DNA of 64,000 nucleotides from the human T2T-CHM13v2.0 reference genome, Homo sapiens. Under the pieces are notes generated by a model, which made no database searches, had not been told where the DNA came from, and saw nothing but the letters and a program-made list of their open reading frames with translations. Within the stretch, counting starts at the first letter, position 1; every line of letters begins with the position of its first letter. Made by a program: the position numbers and the translations under genes. Below are positions 1 through 15,862 of the stretch, one piece after another. The DNA is taken from the NCBI RefSeq assembly GCF_009914755.1, contig NC_060925.1; one strand, 5' to 3'.

Positions 1-637
1 TGGCAAGAATTCAATGGTTCTTTCTGTTTTCTACCCAAGATTTATAAGTAGATGCCTGTAATGGGAGTAAACATCAGGGGAGTCTTTTTTCCAGGGCTGC
101 AGAGAATTGGGATCATGCTGGGTATGTGGGTCAGTCAGTCCTGTCACGGTTTGGGAGAGGAGAGGTGTTCACCTGGTTGCGCTCCTATGCACAAGGCTAG
201 ATGTCTGCTGTTTTCATTTGCAGATTGCTTACAAGGTCCTTCCCTGTCCTAGCAATTTGCCTGCCTCACCCATGGTCTAGGGACACAGAGGAGAAGGAGG
301 CCCAACTGGCACAGCTTCTTGGGGCACATTTGAGGGAAATGCTTTCTTTTTTTATTCAAGATTATATCAAGTGAAGAGCTGGTTTTCACCAACTTCAGGA
401 ATGCTCAAGATGGGTTATTGGGTCAGCAAATAGACACTGAGGGAGGCTTCGGCTCACATCTCTTAGCTCCTTAGTCATCCTCCTTGCTGTGCAAGAAAAG
501 GCTTGAATATACCTTCTTCCAGCTCTGCATTAGCCAGCAAGGGGAATGAGGCCATTGTGAACACACACTGTGGGGGCCTAGGAGAGAAATACTTCAGGCG
601 ACATGATGATGGTCCTTATCTTCCAGGAGTTCCCAGG

Positions 638-1164
638 GTAGGGGAGGAAAAAATAATTTTCCTTCTGCTTTTCAGAGTTCATAGCTGGGACTCTCTGTAA
701 CAAAAGACAAATCGACAGGAGAAAAACAAATAGAAATTTGTCAACATGTATACTTCATCTCTACATGGGAGATACTTAGGGAAAAAATAAGTAAATCTCA
801 AAGAGGCAGCTTAGAATTCAGGCTTAAACACCATCTTCAGCTAAAGGCAAAAGAAAGAAGGGTGTGGGGGAGGCCAGTTATGGGGAGATGACCAGGCAAA
901 TTATCAGAATAAAGTCTGTTATGCAGATGTAAGCCTGCTCCATTAGTAAGACCTTCTCGTGATTTAGCCATGCTTCTCTTCCTGCTACAGACACCCTTAC
1001 AAATGGTGATTTCCTTTATAGATGTAACTTTCCCTTACAAAAGGGTAACTTCTACTCTCTTTTCAGAGCTTCTCCTGTATCTGTTGTTTCTCAAAATAAT
1101 CAGCTCAAAATCATCCTTATGCCAAAGAGGCATATTTTGGCATGGCACGTTCTGGTCTCCTACA
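638..1164 (-). mobile_element. ERV1-class solo LTR (MER34/MER39-group-like)
   Basis: Characteristic ...ccaaagaggcatattttgg...ttctggtctcctaca end and tgtaacaaaagaca...gagaaaaacaaa segment. Confidence 0.6.
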
Positions 1165-3006
1165 ACAGCTTCCTTGGACAGAGAATATGCACTGACTGTA
1201 GCATTACAGAGCAGTGCCATCGAAATAATTGTAAAAAACTTGTTGTGAGCAAAGGGGCTGAAAAACACCAGACTGGCTAGTTTCTTCTGAAAAATGAAGG
1301 CAGCTGGGATGCACTCTGCTTTTTCCTACTTTCCTGCTCTAAGGATGTGTAATTCTTTAATCAGAAGTCTAATAAGGTTAATCAGGAAAGACCTGAAGAT
1401 TTAGCTGATTTCTGAGAAAGGGCATAGGAGACTTTGGAGGACTATAAGCTCAGCCTGAGAGGAGACACAGGGTTTCTGGTGGTAGGTTATAGCAAGTCCC
1501 ATTTTACAGATGCAGAAACTGAAGGCCAGACCTCCTCCCCAAAATGGCAGAGAAATCCTAATGCTTGGACTTGTGCAATGGGTACAAGACAAGTGCCTTC
1601 CCTTGGCTGAGGAGAGTTTCTCTCCTAGAGGACTTAGCTGGGTGTGTGGAGGAGTCTGAATTCCTCCCCTTGAATTCCTTCCACTGCTTCTTTGCCAGTC
1701 CCATCCAACTCGGATGGGGAACTGCTTTTAAATATTATTTCTCAAAGACTACACACACACAAAGAGAGACAGAGAGAGAGAGTGCATGCTCTTTGTATTT
1801 TATTTGGGGAATCATAACGACTCTCAGGTGAAATAGAGAGCTGAACCAATCAAGCACTCTTCCCAGGGCTCAAAAGAAACAAGTGTCACAGAACTGGCTG
1901 GCAGCACTGCAGAAAATAGATGATGGGAACACCTGTGTGGGTGTGGGTGACCTTGACAAGGGAAACACTAGCCAGTATTTTTATCTGCCCACTTTGTCTC
2001 AGGACGTTGGTGGTGTTGCATCCACTAGCAACAGGCTCTGGTTTATTCTCATGACATCTGGGCAGAAGGGGCGGGAACGACGAGGCAGATAAGAATATAC
2101 CCATTTTGAGGAACAGAGAAACTGAGCCATGATTGGGGAGTGAAGCTTGTTCAAAGTCTCGTGGATAGACTTTGGGGTTCTTCAAATGGAAACAGGTTGT
2201 GCAACCTCTCATTCAGTGCTCCAGCAGCTCAAATTCTGTACTCTCAAAGATTTCCTATTAAATTTAATTTACTTTCCTTCTGTTACCCTTCCATGGTAGA
2301 TGAGGTATTGATAGGGTAATCAACTTGTCAAGGACTCTCCCCATTTTATGACTAAAAGTTTGAAATCCACAGAATCCCCTCAGTCCTCGGCAAACCAGGA
2401 TGGTTGTTCGCCCTAGAGGTATGTAACTGCTTCAGAGAAACGGCTGTTGGGGGAGAGCATTTCTGGAGGTGGTCTCACATGTTCGTTAAGAGCATGGGCT
2501 CTGGGCACATGCTAGGGTACAAGTCCCAGCTCTGGAACACATCCCTGTCACCTGGGGCAAATCACTTGACCTCTCTGTGCCTCAGTTGCCTCATTTGTAA
2601 AAAGGGGGTAGTGACAATCTGTACCTCAGGAGGTTGCTGTGTGAATTATATAAAGCCATACGTGAAATGCTCTTTTACTTAAAATAGTGCCTGTCTTATA
2701 AGAAGAGCTCAGTAATTGTTAGCCATGATTACTTTGTCAGCATCTGCCTGTTGATGAATCACAGAGATCGCGGGATCTCAGAACTGATGGGCTGCCTCCT
2801 TAGATTTCATCTCAGTGCCCCCCAATTTAAATGCACTCCACACGTTGTAGCAACCCCCTTCCTCGTCCACCTCTTCCCTTTCTTCCTCGCCCCATGGCTG
2901 CCGCTGGTGGAGGCTGGTTTGCTCTGTGTCAAAGTGGATGTCACCCCACTTCACTTGTTGGCAGGATTGAGGGATGGCAGGCGGGTGGGATGTGATCTCC
3001 AAGTGC

Positions 3007-3156
3007 AGTACTCTCAGACTTGAACATGCACACACAGCACCTGGGCATCTTGTTAAATTTTGTTAAATGTGGATTCTGATTCAGCAGGTCTGAGGTGGGG
3101 CCCACAATTTTGCATTTCTAATAAGCTCCCAAAGATACTGCCGGTTTGGGACCACT
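3007..3156. mobile_element. MER5A (hAT-Charlie)
   Basis: gattctgattcagcaggtctgaggtggggccc...tgcatttctaataagctccc. Confidence 0.7.
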
Positions 3157-3811
3157 CCATGGGCCACAAACATGTGGCCAGGCCACATCATGTGTCAGCC
3201 TGTGGGAGTCTAAGTAAAAGACGGTAATATTCTTGCCCAGCTGAGGACCCTAAAATAGAATTAGTGCTGGGGACAGGGGTGGGAGTTGCTTAGATATGCT
3301 TAGAGTGTTTGAGGGGAGCAGCTTAGAGAGTGGTGAAGCCATCGGGGCATGAAAGGTCTGTGGGGCTGATGCTGAGATCTGTGGTGAGTATTGTAGGTAA
3401 AGTTAATAACAACTGGTTAAGGAATTGAGCTTTGGGAATTTTTTTTTTTTTTTTTTTTTTGCTGATTTTAAATATCAGAGCTGGTTCGAGACTATTGCTT
3501 AGATAGTCTTTCTCTCTCACATCCATGGTTTTGCTCTCTTGAATGGTGGACAAAGGGTGTAGTGCCCCCCAGTGCCTGGGAATGACACATGGTCAGTGTG
3601 ACTACAGGAGGTTCAGAATGGCTGGCCTGAAATGACAGAAGTCCCCAAAGCTGGGCCTCCAGGCTCCCTACCCAAAAACTCCCTCACAGAGAGTGACCTT
3701 GCCTAGGAGGGATCTGATACTTTCTCAGCCACCTTGGAAGGGCTCTTACAGCTCCATGATGGATGAATGGACAAAACTGTCCCAAACAATCTGGGTTCCA
3801 GAAATAAGCCT

Positions 3812-4909
<1,098 letters not shown>

Positions 4910-5589
4910 TGACCGTCTAGTACAGTGAATCTGCCTTCCACTCTCTGGCATGCTCAGATTCCAGAGAAACCTTCCCAGAAGAGGTCACAGAGAAGGGGCT
5001 GGACATGTTCGAGTCCAATCCTGCTCACTGTTGCCTGGCTTCCCTTAGGCCAGGCTTGTGCTAATTTGAAAAATGGCCTATGATAATGAGCGCTAAAAGC
5101 ACTCTGCAGACCGAGTGCCCTGGGAAGATGTTCAGGGACTCAGCCTTCCCCAGCTCCCTCCCCTCCACTGCCAGCTCTCAGCATTGTGCACTTTTAATCT
5201 CCCACACGGCTGCCAGTATACTACACATTTGTATCTGTCACTTCAGATCCCCCCGCATGGCTGCTCTCAGCCAACTGGGAGCCTTCTCCTTTTTTCCCTG
5301 GAATGTTCCCTGAGGACAACTCAGCCCTTGATAAAGGCTTCCACTTTCTTTTGTTTCTCTTGGTGAGAAAAAAACCCCTGTCCCCCACTCCTACCTTACA
5401 GAGCCTGTCCAGGCCCTGGCACCCCCTACCTGCAGCCTGCTGCTCCAGGTGCAGCTTCTCTCCCATCCCTCTCCCCACAGAAGGAGAATCCTGGTGCTCC
5501 AATGCCCTCCCAACACAGGTCAATGTAACAGCATCCCAGAATTTTACGATGGCCCTCTAATTCCTATAGCCAGAAGGGACCTCAGAAGT

Positions 5590-6015
5590 TTTTTTAAAAA
5601 ATTTATTGTGGTTAAAAAAAGCACACAACAATTAATTTCCCCTCTTAACCATTCGTAAGTGTTAAGTAGTGTTAAGTATAGTATATAGTTGGGCAACAGA
5701 TCTCTAGATAATTTTCATCTTGAAAAATTAAAACTCTGTAACCATTAAACACTAATCTCCCCTCTCCCCTTCCCTCAGTCCTTGGCCACCACATTTTCTA
5801 CTTTGTTTGTATGATTTTGAGTACTTTAGATACGTCATATGAGTGGAATCATATGGTATTTGTTCTTTTGTGAATGGCTTATTTCATTTAGCATAATGTC
5901 TGTCCGTGCTGTAGCATATGACAGGATTTCCTTCTTAAGGCTGCATAATATTCCATTGTATGGATATACCACATCTCTTTAACTGTTTATCTGTTGATAG
6001 ACATTTGGGTCACTT
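5590..6015 (-). mobile_element. L1 3' end fragment (L1MA/L1MB class) with target-site duplication
   Basis: L1M 3'UTR motifs (gtggaatcat...tggcttatttcatttagcataatgtc); cctcagaagttttttt at ~5580 and ~6016. Confidence 0.8.
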
Positions 6016-6297
6016 CCTCAGAAGTTTTTTTTAACCCTTTATTTTGCAACTCATCACCCACATAAACAAAGACCACACAGTCAATAAGACCAAGACCACA
6101 CAGCCAATAAGTGTGGCAATAATTGCTCAAGACCACACAGCCAATAAGATGTCTGTTTGTACAGATTTTTATTATTCTCTCCTGGATTCTGGCAACAGCA
6201 TTTAGGGGCTCTGGTCTAACATGGTGTTAGTGAAAATAGGCTCTCCAAGATTACTAGAGGCTGCAGGGGCAAGTGATGGTGGCTGGGCTAGTCCTGA

Positions 6298-6663
<366 letters not shown>

Positions 6664-6894
6664 TGGACACTGGATTTTTAAAGATACTAAGGAATTATTG
6701 TTCATTTGTTTCAGTGCATTAATGGTATTGTGTTATATGCTTTTTAAAAAGACTTTTAGAGATGCATACTGAAGTGATTATAAATTAAACATGATGTCTA
6801 GGATATGCTTCAAAATCATTATTGGAAAGTATGGATGAAACTAGGCTGGGGGCTCATTATACCATTCTCTCTACTTTTGAATATGTTTGAAATT

Positions 6895-7190
6895 TTTTAT
6901 TTATTTATTTACTTATTTACTTTGAGACAAGATCTCGCTCTCTCACCCAGGTTGGAGTGCAGTGGAGTGATCATGACTCACTGCAGCCTCAAACTCCTGG
7001 GCTTAAATGATTCTCCTACCATAGCCTCCTGAGTAGCTGAGACCACAGTTGCATGCCACCATGCCTGGCTAATTTTTTCAATTTTTTTTTTTTGTAGAGA
7101 TGGGATCTCACTACACTGTCCAGGTTGGTCTTGAACTCCTGGGCTCAAATGGTCCTCCTGCCTTGGCCTCCCAAAGTTCTGGGATTACAG
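6895..7190 (-). mobile_element. AluJ-like
   Basis: gcagcctcaaactcctgggct... J-type diagnostics. Confidence 0.85.
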
Positions 7191-7458
7191 AGGTCTTCCA
7201 AAATAAAAATGTTTGAATCTTAAAAAACTCTTTTCATCTTACATTTGGATAGGTCACACCTGCCTCCCACTCTTCAAGAACTCAGCAGATTATTGCTGAA
7301 ATAGGAGGAGTTTTGACTATTATCAATTGTAAGCTCTGGAAAATAAAGTAACACAGCCATTGGGCAGGCAATGTAAACACCAACAAAAATCCCTGCAGGC
7401 TGCGGGAACGGCACCAGCAGATGTATGTAGCCCCGTGGCAGAGGTGGCAGTGGCATGA

Positions 7459-7964
<506 letters not shown>

Positions 7965-7999
7965 TCTTTCATCCCTAATTCTTCCCTTTTTCTATATCC

Positions 8000-8600
8000 A
8001 ACCAATGCTGTGATTGAATTTGCCTCCTAAATACCTCATATTTGCTCATTCATGGCCATGGCCACTACCCTAGTTCAAGCTGCTATCATCTCTTACCTGG
8101 GTTATTGCAATACTTCCTAATTGGCCTCCCACTCAGCACTCTTAGCCTGGCTTCCTGAACTTCCCATCTGTTCTTCTGATCGTGTCACTCATCCCCGTGT
8201 ACTTAAAACAAGAAAGCCTTCCCATTGCTCTTGGAATGAAGGCTGAACTTTAGCAGTGCCAGAGTCTTGGGGGCACCTGGCCTCTCTTTGCCTGTCCAGT
8301 CTCATTTTTCATCTCCAGCCTTCTCTATCCCTGTGCCCCAGCCACCCTGAAATTCTTTCAGTTCCTCAAAAGCACCATGCTCTTTCTCATTTCCAGGCCT
8401 TTGAACATGCTGCCCCCTCTGCCTGGAACACTCTCCCTCCTGCCTTGGTCTGGATGACTTGCGCACCCCACAGGCCTCAGCTGAACCTCGCTTCCTCCAA
8501 GAAGCATCCCTTGACCTCCTCTCCCCAAGTCAGGTTGGTGTTCCTTCTCTGTGCTCACCTGGAACGCCCCCATCATAGGACTTAGCCCCCTTATTACAGG
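8000..8600. mobile_element. L2-like fragment
   Basis: ctatcatctcttacctggg...ctgcctggaacactctcc...; old and diverged, boundaries approximate. Confidence 0.55.
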
Positions 8601-10189
8601 GGTTCAGTAAATTTCTTTTTGAGCTGACTGAATATATTTGATTTGCAAGAAAGGAAAAAGTACAGAAATATGTATTGCAACAAGCAGGTCACAGTATCCT
8701 CAAGTCCGCAGATATCCCTGTGCCTTCAAAGTCATCCCACAAATGTTCCCTGGTCTGATTATCACTGAAGGAAGTTTTCCAGTTGCTGCAGAATCTATCC
8801 TGCTGCCCTCTGCTGACAGGGCCTGCTTTTTCCGGTATGATCTCAAGCACACTCTGCTGTTAGATCTTCTAACCCTGCCACTACCACCCCACCCCATGCG
8901 GGACCAGGACAGTGCCTTCTGAACACTCCCCCATTGTCAAGGGAGCTGCCCAGCCGTCCACAGCTTCAGCCCCCAGTGGAGGTTCCAAGACAGAGTGCCG
9001 GCTCCCCCTGTGCATCCCCTCCGCTGGCAGCCCCACCAGCTCTGCACCCACAGAGCCCCACCCAGCACTGGGGTCTGTCCCGCCCACAGATGGTCCAGGC
9101 CCATCAGCTTTACCTGTCTGACCTCTGGGCCTCACTGAGGCGCCCTGTGAGAGCTGCTGTCATTTTTGTTCTCTCCTTTGCAGAGTTTCCATCCTACCCT
9201 CTTTTTCCTGTTTTGTCTCTGAAGTGCCTCTCTGGCCTGTGCGTCTACCTCACCCTCTCTTTCCTCATTCAGGCCCTTGTGCCAGCACTGCCCCATTTTT
9301 TCTTGTATCTTTGGTCTGTCCCCTCATCCTGGGCTCTTTGCTTCCGTCTACACCTGTGCTTGGATATCTGTCTCTTCTAAAGCTCCTTCCTGCCCCATGA
9401 GCCTCATAGCTCACATCCTGGCTCTCTGCTCCCTTTCCTCCCCAGAGACGGTTCACCGCCTCCACATCATCACAGCTCCACATCCCCCAGCTCCACTGCT
9501 GTTACTGACATCAGTCTTGCCAAATCCCCCCATGCCCATCTAATCACAAATCCTCAGTCATCTGCTTGGCCTCTCTGCTGCCCTGGATGCCGCTGGCCAT
9601 CCTCTGCTCTCAGATGCTCTCCTCAGGCTCCCTGGCACCCCTCAGCCTGCCTGGGCTTCTGATTATCTGCTCTTTGACTCATCTGCTGGCATGTCCCCAT
9701 CTTCCTAACCTCTCTGCAGGTCAGTTTTTTGAGATTCTGTTCTCTGGCCACACCATCTATTCAGCTGCTCCAAATGACCCCTCCAGGTGGCAGCTCCCAG
9801 GTCACAGTCTCTAGCCTGAACATCTCTCCTGCTCTTATTTTGCATTTCAATTTCACTGAATATCAAGGTCAAAGTCAAGCTGCTGCCCTCTAAATAGCAA
9901 CTCCTCCGGACTTTCTGTTAACAGTCCTGGCATTCTCTGATCCCCAGGCTTAAAAACCCATAGCCACCTCTGCCACCTTCCTTTCCTCTGCTCACACATC
10001 TGGTCAGCCCAGAGGTCCTGTCCCTGCTGTCCCACAGGCTCTCACATCCATCTCCTTTGAGTTCCTCCAACCCTCACCCTTGGTTTAGGTCTTACTGTGC
10101 TGGCATTTTGTTACCTCCCCAGTCCTCCAGATCATCTTTTTCAGTCTTTATGTCTCCAGACCATTGTCTACTCTGCTGCCGAGTCCATT

Positions 10190-10352
10190 TAAAGTTCTTA
10201 AAGTAGACCAGCAGCATCAGCATCACTGGGAGACTTGTCAGAAATGCACATTCTCAGGCCCCATTCCAAATCTGCTGATTCAGAAACTCTGTAGGTGGGG
10301 CCCAGCAATCTGTTGGTAATTCAATGCATACTAACGTTTGAGAACCACTGCC
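10190..10352. mobile_element. MER5A
   Basis: cagcatcagcatcactgggagacttgtcagaaatgcacattctcaggccc...tttgagaaccactg. Confidence 0.8.
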
Positions 10353-10409
10353 CTGAAGCATTGCTCTGAGCAAGTTTCTTCTCTGCTTAAAGACCTAAGA
10401 CACTTTGTT

Positions 10410-10860
10410 GTAGTTAGGATAGGGTTTAATTGGCTATAACAGCTAACAATAAAAATCTACTTCTCTCTCACTTAAAAGGAGTTTGGCCATGGACAGTGCA
10501 GGGCTGATCTAACAGCTCCATGGTGTCATTAGGAACCCAGGGCCCTAGCTTTCTGTTTCAACTCCTAGAACATGGCTTGCTCTATCACTAAGGTTAGTTA
10601 CCTCTTGGCTCTAGATGGCTGCTAGAACTCCAGCCATCATATCCTAATACAGACCAGGAGAAAAAGCACAAGAGCCAAAAGGAGGACTCTTCCAGCTGAG
10701 TCAGCTCCCCACGTTTAAGCAGCCTTCCCAAGAGACCCAAATAACACTTCCACTTAAATCTAGTTCATCAGAATTTGGTCACATGGCCATACTAGATACA
10801 AGGGAAGCTGAGAAGTAGTTTTTTGTTCTGGGTGGCAATATACTCAGCTAAAAATTGAAG
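10410..10860. mobile_element. MaLR LTR (MLT1-like)
   Basis: ggtcacatggccatactagatacaagggaagctgagaa and gatggctgctagaactccagccatca motifs. Confidence 0.6.
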
Positions 10861-10879
10861 TTCTTTCAAAATTTTACAT

Positions 10880-11310
10880 ATAGCACTGTATGATCCAATT
10901 TATATACCATTCTTGAAATAACAAAATTATAGAAATGGAAAATAGATTGATAGTTGTCAGGGGGTGGGTAGAGAAGGAAGTGACTGTGGCTACCAAAGGA
11001 TAGCACCAGGGATCCTTATGATAGAACTGTTTTGTATCTTGACTGTGGTGGTGGTCACAAATCTACGCAAGTGATAGAACTGCATAGAGCTAAATATACA
11101 CATGCACAGATAAGCGTGCACACATGCATATGTTCATGTAAAACTGGAGAAATCCAAATGTCACTAGATTGTATCGGTGTCAATTTCCTGGTGTGATATT
11201 GCACTATAGTTTTGCAAGATGTTACCATTGGGGGAAACTGGGTGAGGAGTATATGGGATCTGTATTATTTCTTACAACTGCATGTAAATCTACAACTGTC
11301 TCAAAACAAA
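10880..11310 (+). mobile_element. Old L1 (L1MC/MD-like) 3' fragment
   Basis: gttttgtatcttgactgtggtggtggtcac...atgttaccattgggggaaactggg. Confidence 0.7.
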
Positions 11311-12662
11311 ACATTGAAGAAGCAAAAATAATGAAGGGGAGGTGTCATAAGCAACTAGTGTCTCTGCTGTAAACCTAACCCATTCCCCGCTGTAAGCAGT
11401 CCAAGGTTCTTAGCATAATTAAGGCCTTCATGACCTAGCAGTAAGGTGCTTCCCAAGCAGTCCATACCTTGCCGGGTTAGTGCTGTCTGCATTAAAGCAT
11501 CGGCCTCTAGAGAGCAGGCCCCAAAGCTATGGCTGGTATTTATGAAGCACTTGCCTCTTCACCCATATGGCCCTGAAGAGAGCCAATGAAACGGACATCT
11601 TTTACCTTCAGAAGCCTCCGTTCTGAGAAAGCACCGGTATTCGCAGGCATGTTGCCCACTAAACAGAGAATGAAAATGACTTTGTCTAATTGAAAGGGGC
11701 AGTGAGCAAAGAGGGACTTTTGAGACCTGCAGGTTGCTGTAGTGACTGCAGTGAGAGCAGGAAGTACTGAAGCATATTTCCAAGTGGTTTTTAAAGTACT
11801 CCATCCTGTCATCTTTGTCCATGTTCTGGAGCTCTCTTCCTTAAGGCATCAGCCAGCACCAGCTGCTTTCTCACCCCTGGGCAGCCTTGCTGAACCTCAC
11901 TGTGCCCCCATGGGAAGGAATTAAACCACTTGTCAGGAGCTTCTGCTCAGCCAGAACTCTGCCTGAGGCTTTCCCACAACAGCTCTCTGAGACTCTCGGT
12001 TGCCCTGAGGAGGGACAGGCACATTGCAGGGCAGGTGCTACCAGCTGAGGTGTGCTGCAGGCAGCCAGGCCTGATGGAGTGTGAGAGGCTTCTGGGGTTA
12101 CAGGTCCGGCCTTCCCAGTCCTGAGCCCATGGATGCCCAGGGAAGTGGTGGGCTCCAAGGATGAGCTTTAGGGGTTTCATGAATTTTCTAAACTTGTAGG
12201 CAGAATTCCCTATGTGCTTTTTTCTCCGGGAAGACTGTCCATAGCCTTCGTCAGGTTCTCAAAGGCATCCACAAGCTCCTAGCAGCTGAGAATGATCCCC
12301 AGTGATACAGAGAGTGGGAGACTGGAGGAGGAGTGCTGAGGGAGTTGAAGGTAAGGGCTGAGTACAGCAGGGAAGCAGCTAGAGCAGAAGAGCAGGTGAG
12401 AATTCACTGAGCTTTGACCGGTGGGCTGAGCTGATGGAAGCGACACTGATCCTCCTGGTTCCCTGTGGGGTGAGCATCTTTCAGTCCAGGCAGAAGTCAC
12501 GGCCAGGACAGCCTGTTTCCACCCGCAGACCCTGGACGAACTCATCTCCATGCTGTCCCCACTGACCTCATTTTTAGTTCTGGCTGAGTGAATCTCTCAA
12601 GGCTAGGGAGAGTTTCCCTGAGCCCCCAGGCCCGTCTGTTCCACTGAAAAACATTCCCATAG

Positions 12663-13303
12663 TGTTACCGGTAGCAGGTCTTGACTGCAAATTGTCCAGG
12701 TTCTTGACGTTTTGAACAAAGAATTGGACAAAACGCACGGCAAAGCAAGGAAAGAATGAAGCAACAAAAGAACGAAAGCAACGATTTATTGAAAATGAAA
12801 GTACACTCCACATTGTGGGAGTTGGCCCAAGCAGCCAGCAGCAGCTCAAGGGCCTGGGTGCAGAATTTTCTTGGGTCCAAATACCCCCAGAGGCTCCCCA
12901 TTGGCCACTTGGCTCTCACCTCATGTAAATGAAGTGGTGGCCTACAAACGGTCTGATTGGTTGCCGAAAGCAACCAATCAGAGGCTGAAGTGAAATTACA
13001 GAGGTCATACTCCTGTGCAAACATCCAATTGGTTGCAAAAAGCAACCAATCAGAGGCTAAGGTGAAGTTACAAAGTTGCACTTCTATGCAAACGAAGACT
13101 TAGTCTACAATCAGTCTGATTGGTTGCAGACAGCCAGTTTCTATCTGCCACGCAGAAAAGGTGGGGATTTGCAAAGGGAGTAGCCTCTGGTCCTTTTGTT
13201 ACTTAGGCATGGGAAGTTAGGGTTTTCCTTTCAATTTAGTTCTAAGAAGTCAGCGTGAAATGGCCTTAGGTTCCTTTCCTCCAGACCCTATTCTCCTGCC
13301 TCA
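12663..13303 (-). mobile_element. MER51-like ERV1 solo LTR with tandem CCAAT boxes
   Basis: tgttaccgg...ccctattctcctgcctca termini; repeated aaccaatcagaggct units. Confidence 0.85.
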
Positions 13304-13970
13304 ATCGCAATATCCCCTGTCAAAGCCCAGCACACTTATAATTGTGGCTAGTGTCTGTAGATTCCTATTCAGGGGAGCCTTGCTTGTTTTGTCTAATTTT
13401 AGCCCCAGTTATAGCCTGGCACAGTGCCTGGCATATGATCAACACTCACATTCAGTATTCAATAAATATCAGTAGGATAGATGGATGAAAAAATAAAAGA
13501 ATATATTGTCTTATGAGTGTGGACAGATGCCCGCAGAATACTTTGAGGATTCTCAGGAAAAGAGCTGGGGCCGACCTTTATTCTAGCAGTGAAGAACAGG
13601 ACAAAGATAAGTGTGAGCTTGTGAAGTAACTCTGTTGAGGTGAGGCTGAATTTTACTACCCTCAGAATATTCCCCAGGGTCCTTGGCGGAAAAGATTTAT
13701 TCCTATTAATTCTTTGCTATAAATTCAACAGCAGACAAGCCTGAATGAATTGATCAGATGGGGTGGGGGTTGGGTGGCATTAGGGAGATTGTTACATATG
13801 AGGGTTTGGGAAATAGGTGCATCATAGATTCAAAATAAGAGGCCTACACTTGGTGCTGGTCTAGTCAACGAGTCAGCATTTCTTGGACAGCTTATTCTGT
13901 GCCAGGTGCTGAAGAGATAAGAGCAGTGTAAATCGTGGCCAGGAATCACATGAAAGAGAAACCACCTACT

Positions 13971-14287
<317 letters not shown>

Positions 14288-14489
14288 TTACTGCCGTAGC
14301 ATTCACTTATGGCCACTTATCCCCTCAGCCCTGCCTGATAAGGAGGTAAGTGTGTGTGTATCGGCCCTGAGAAAGCCCCTTCATTTCCACAGGATGCCAG
14401 GCCTACCCTCTGCCTGGTCGACTGTCAAATTGCGAAATGGTCTTTAATTGGCAATATGGATGATTTTCCCTGTTTAATCTGTTTAATTT

Positions 14490-14990
14490 AAATCTGTTTA
14501 ATGTATCGAAGTGAAATTCATATATCATAAAAGCACCATTTCAAAGTGTTCAGTTCAATGGCAGTTAGCACATTCATGGTGTTGTACAACCACTACCTCT
14601 ATTTAGTGTCACATTGCCATCATTCCAAAATCAAACCCTATTATATTTACCTATTAAGCAGTTCTCCCCAAGCTGTACCCTGTCTATGCATTGGACTATT
14701 CTGGAAATTTTACGCCAATGGAATTATGCAATATGTGAACTTTTGTGAATGGCTCTTTTCACTTAACCTGTCTTGGAGGTTTGTCCATGTTGTAGCATGC
14801 ATCAGAATGCCATTCCTTTTCATGACTGAGTAGCATCGGATTGTATGAACCTCTCACAATTTTTGATCCATTCCTCCATCCATGAACACTGTTTCCACCT
14901 TTTTGCTGTTGTGAATAGTGCTGCTCTGAACATGCAGGTACCTGTATTTGTTTGAGTACCTATCTTCTGGGTATACACCTAAGAATGGTA
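14490..14990 (-). mobile_element. L1MB-like 3' fragment
   Basis: aatggaattatgcaatatgtg...gtccatgttgtagcatg...gtgaatagtgctgct. Confidence 0.7.
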
Positions 14991-15741
14991 ATCTTCTTAA
15001 ATTTTTGCCCAAAAACTTTAAACATGAATTTATGTCAGCAAATGCTTGTCAAAAGCTCACTGAAGAGAAATATTACTCATGACAGGTTTTTAAACTTCAG
15101 TTTTTGATGCAAAACTCTTTTGTCAAACAGCTGACCCCAAATTCTAACATGTAAAAACATAAAAAGGCAGAAATGCTGTGGGTGAGTTAGACAAGGAGGC
15201 CAGGAGCTCCGTGAGATCAGCCTTCGTGTGCCACCCCCCACAGACCCGAAGAGCCTCTCAGACCTCCTGGACTCTGGGCAGCGGTTCTGATGTGCTGCTG
15301 CAGATGCCCCAAGCTCCAGATCAAGGTCACCTGCCAGAAAACTGAAGGTTTGAACACTGCTGCTTCCTGGTACACTCCTTTCAAAGAGCCGTACCTGGGT
15401 GTTAGTCCTCAGACTCCCCTGGGAGATACAGTAAGAAGCTGCTTTTTAAATATGTAATGGTGTAGTAACAACTTTCCCCTATAGCTCTCAGCCTCCCCTT
15501 TAAGAGGATCCTCAGGAGAAATTCCTCTCAAGGCTTAGTGGAAAGAAAAACTAAGCTCCTCCACACTGTGATTTGGTTTAACTGACTGTATTTCTCTTTT
15601 CACGTTGGTTGCTAAGAAGCTCAGAGTTAAATCTGCAGCTCACGTCCTGCAGTTCTGCAGACCAACCTCATGACTGACTGGCTGCATGTTGCTATGCTAT
15701 CCTCCCTGCGATCTTCATTCCATTTTTATCCTACTGAGTGT

Positions 15742-15862
15742 ACAGATGCTCCTGGACTATGATGGTGTTATGTTCCCATAAGCCTGTCATCAGTTGAAAA
15801 TGCATGTCATACCTTGACAAATCCATTATAAAGTCAAAAAATTATAAGTTGGGAACCACCTG
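15742..15862. mobile_element. Short MER47/Tigger5-like DNA transposon derivative
   Basis: cagatgctcctggact...ttgggaaccacctg flanked by TA. Confidence 0.6.

Noticed and set aside
6069-6148. Repeat-spacer pattern superficially like CRISPR
   Set aside because: Eukaryotic intron, only three units, irregular spacers of roughly 3 and 17 nt, MIR-like unit, no cas genes.
10694-10706. MARE/AP-1-like palindrome agctgagtcagct
   Set aside because: A single short motif inside an old MLT1-like LTR; not enough on its own.
13893-13912. RE1/REST-like TTCAGCACC-tg-GCACAG on the minus strand
   Set aside because: The right half-site core GGACAG is mismatched, its tail is absent, and it lies in L2/MIR-like sequence.
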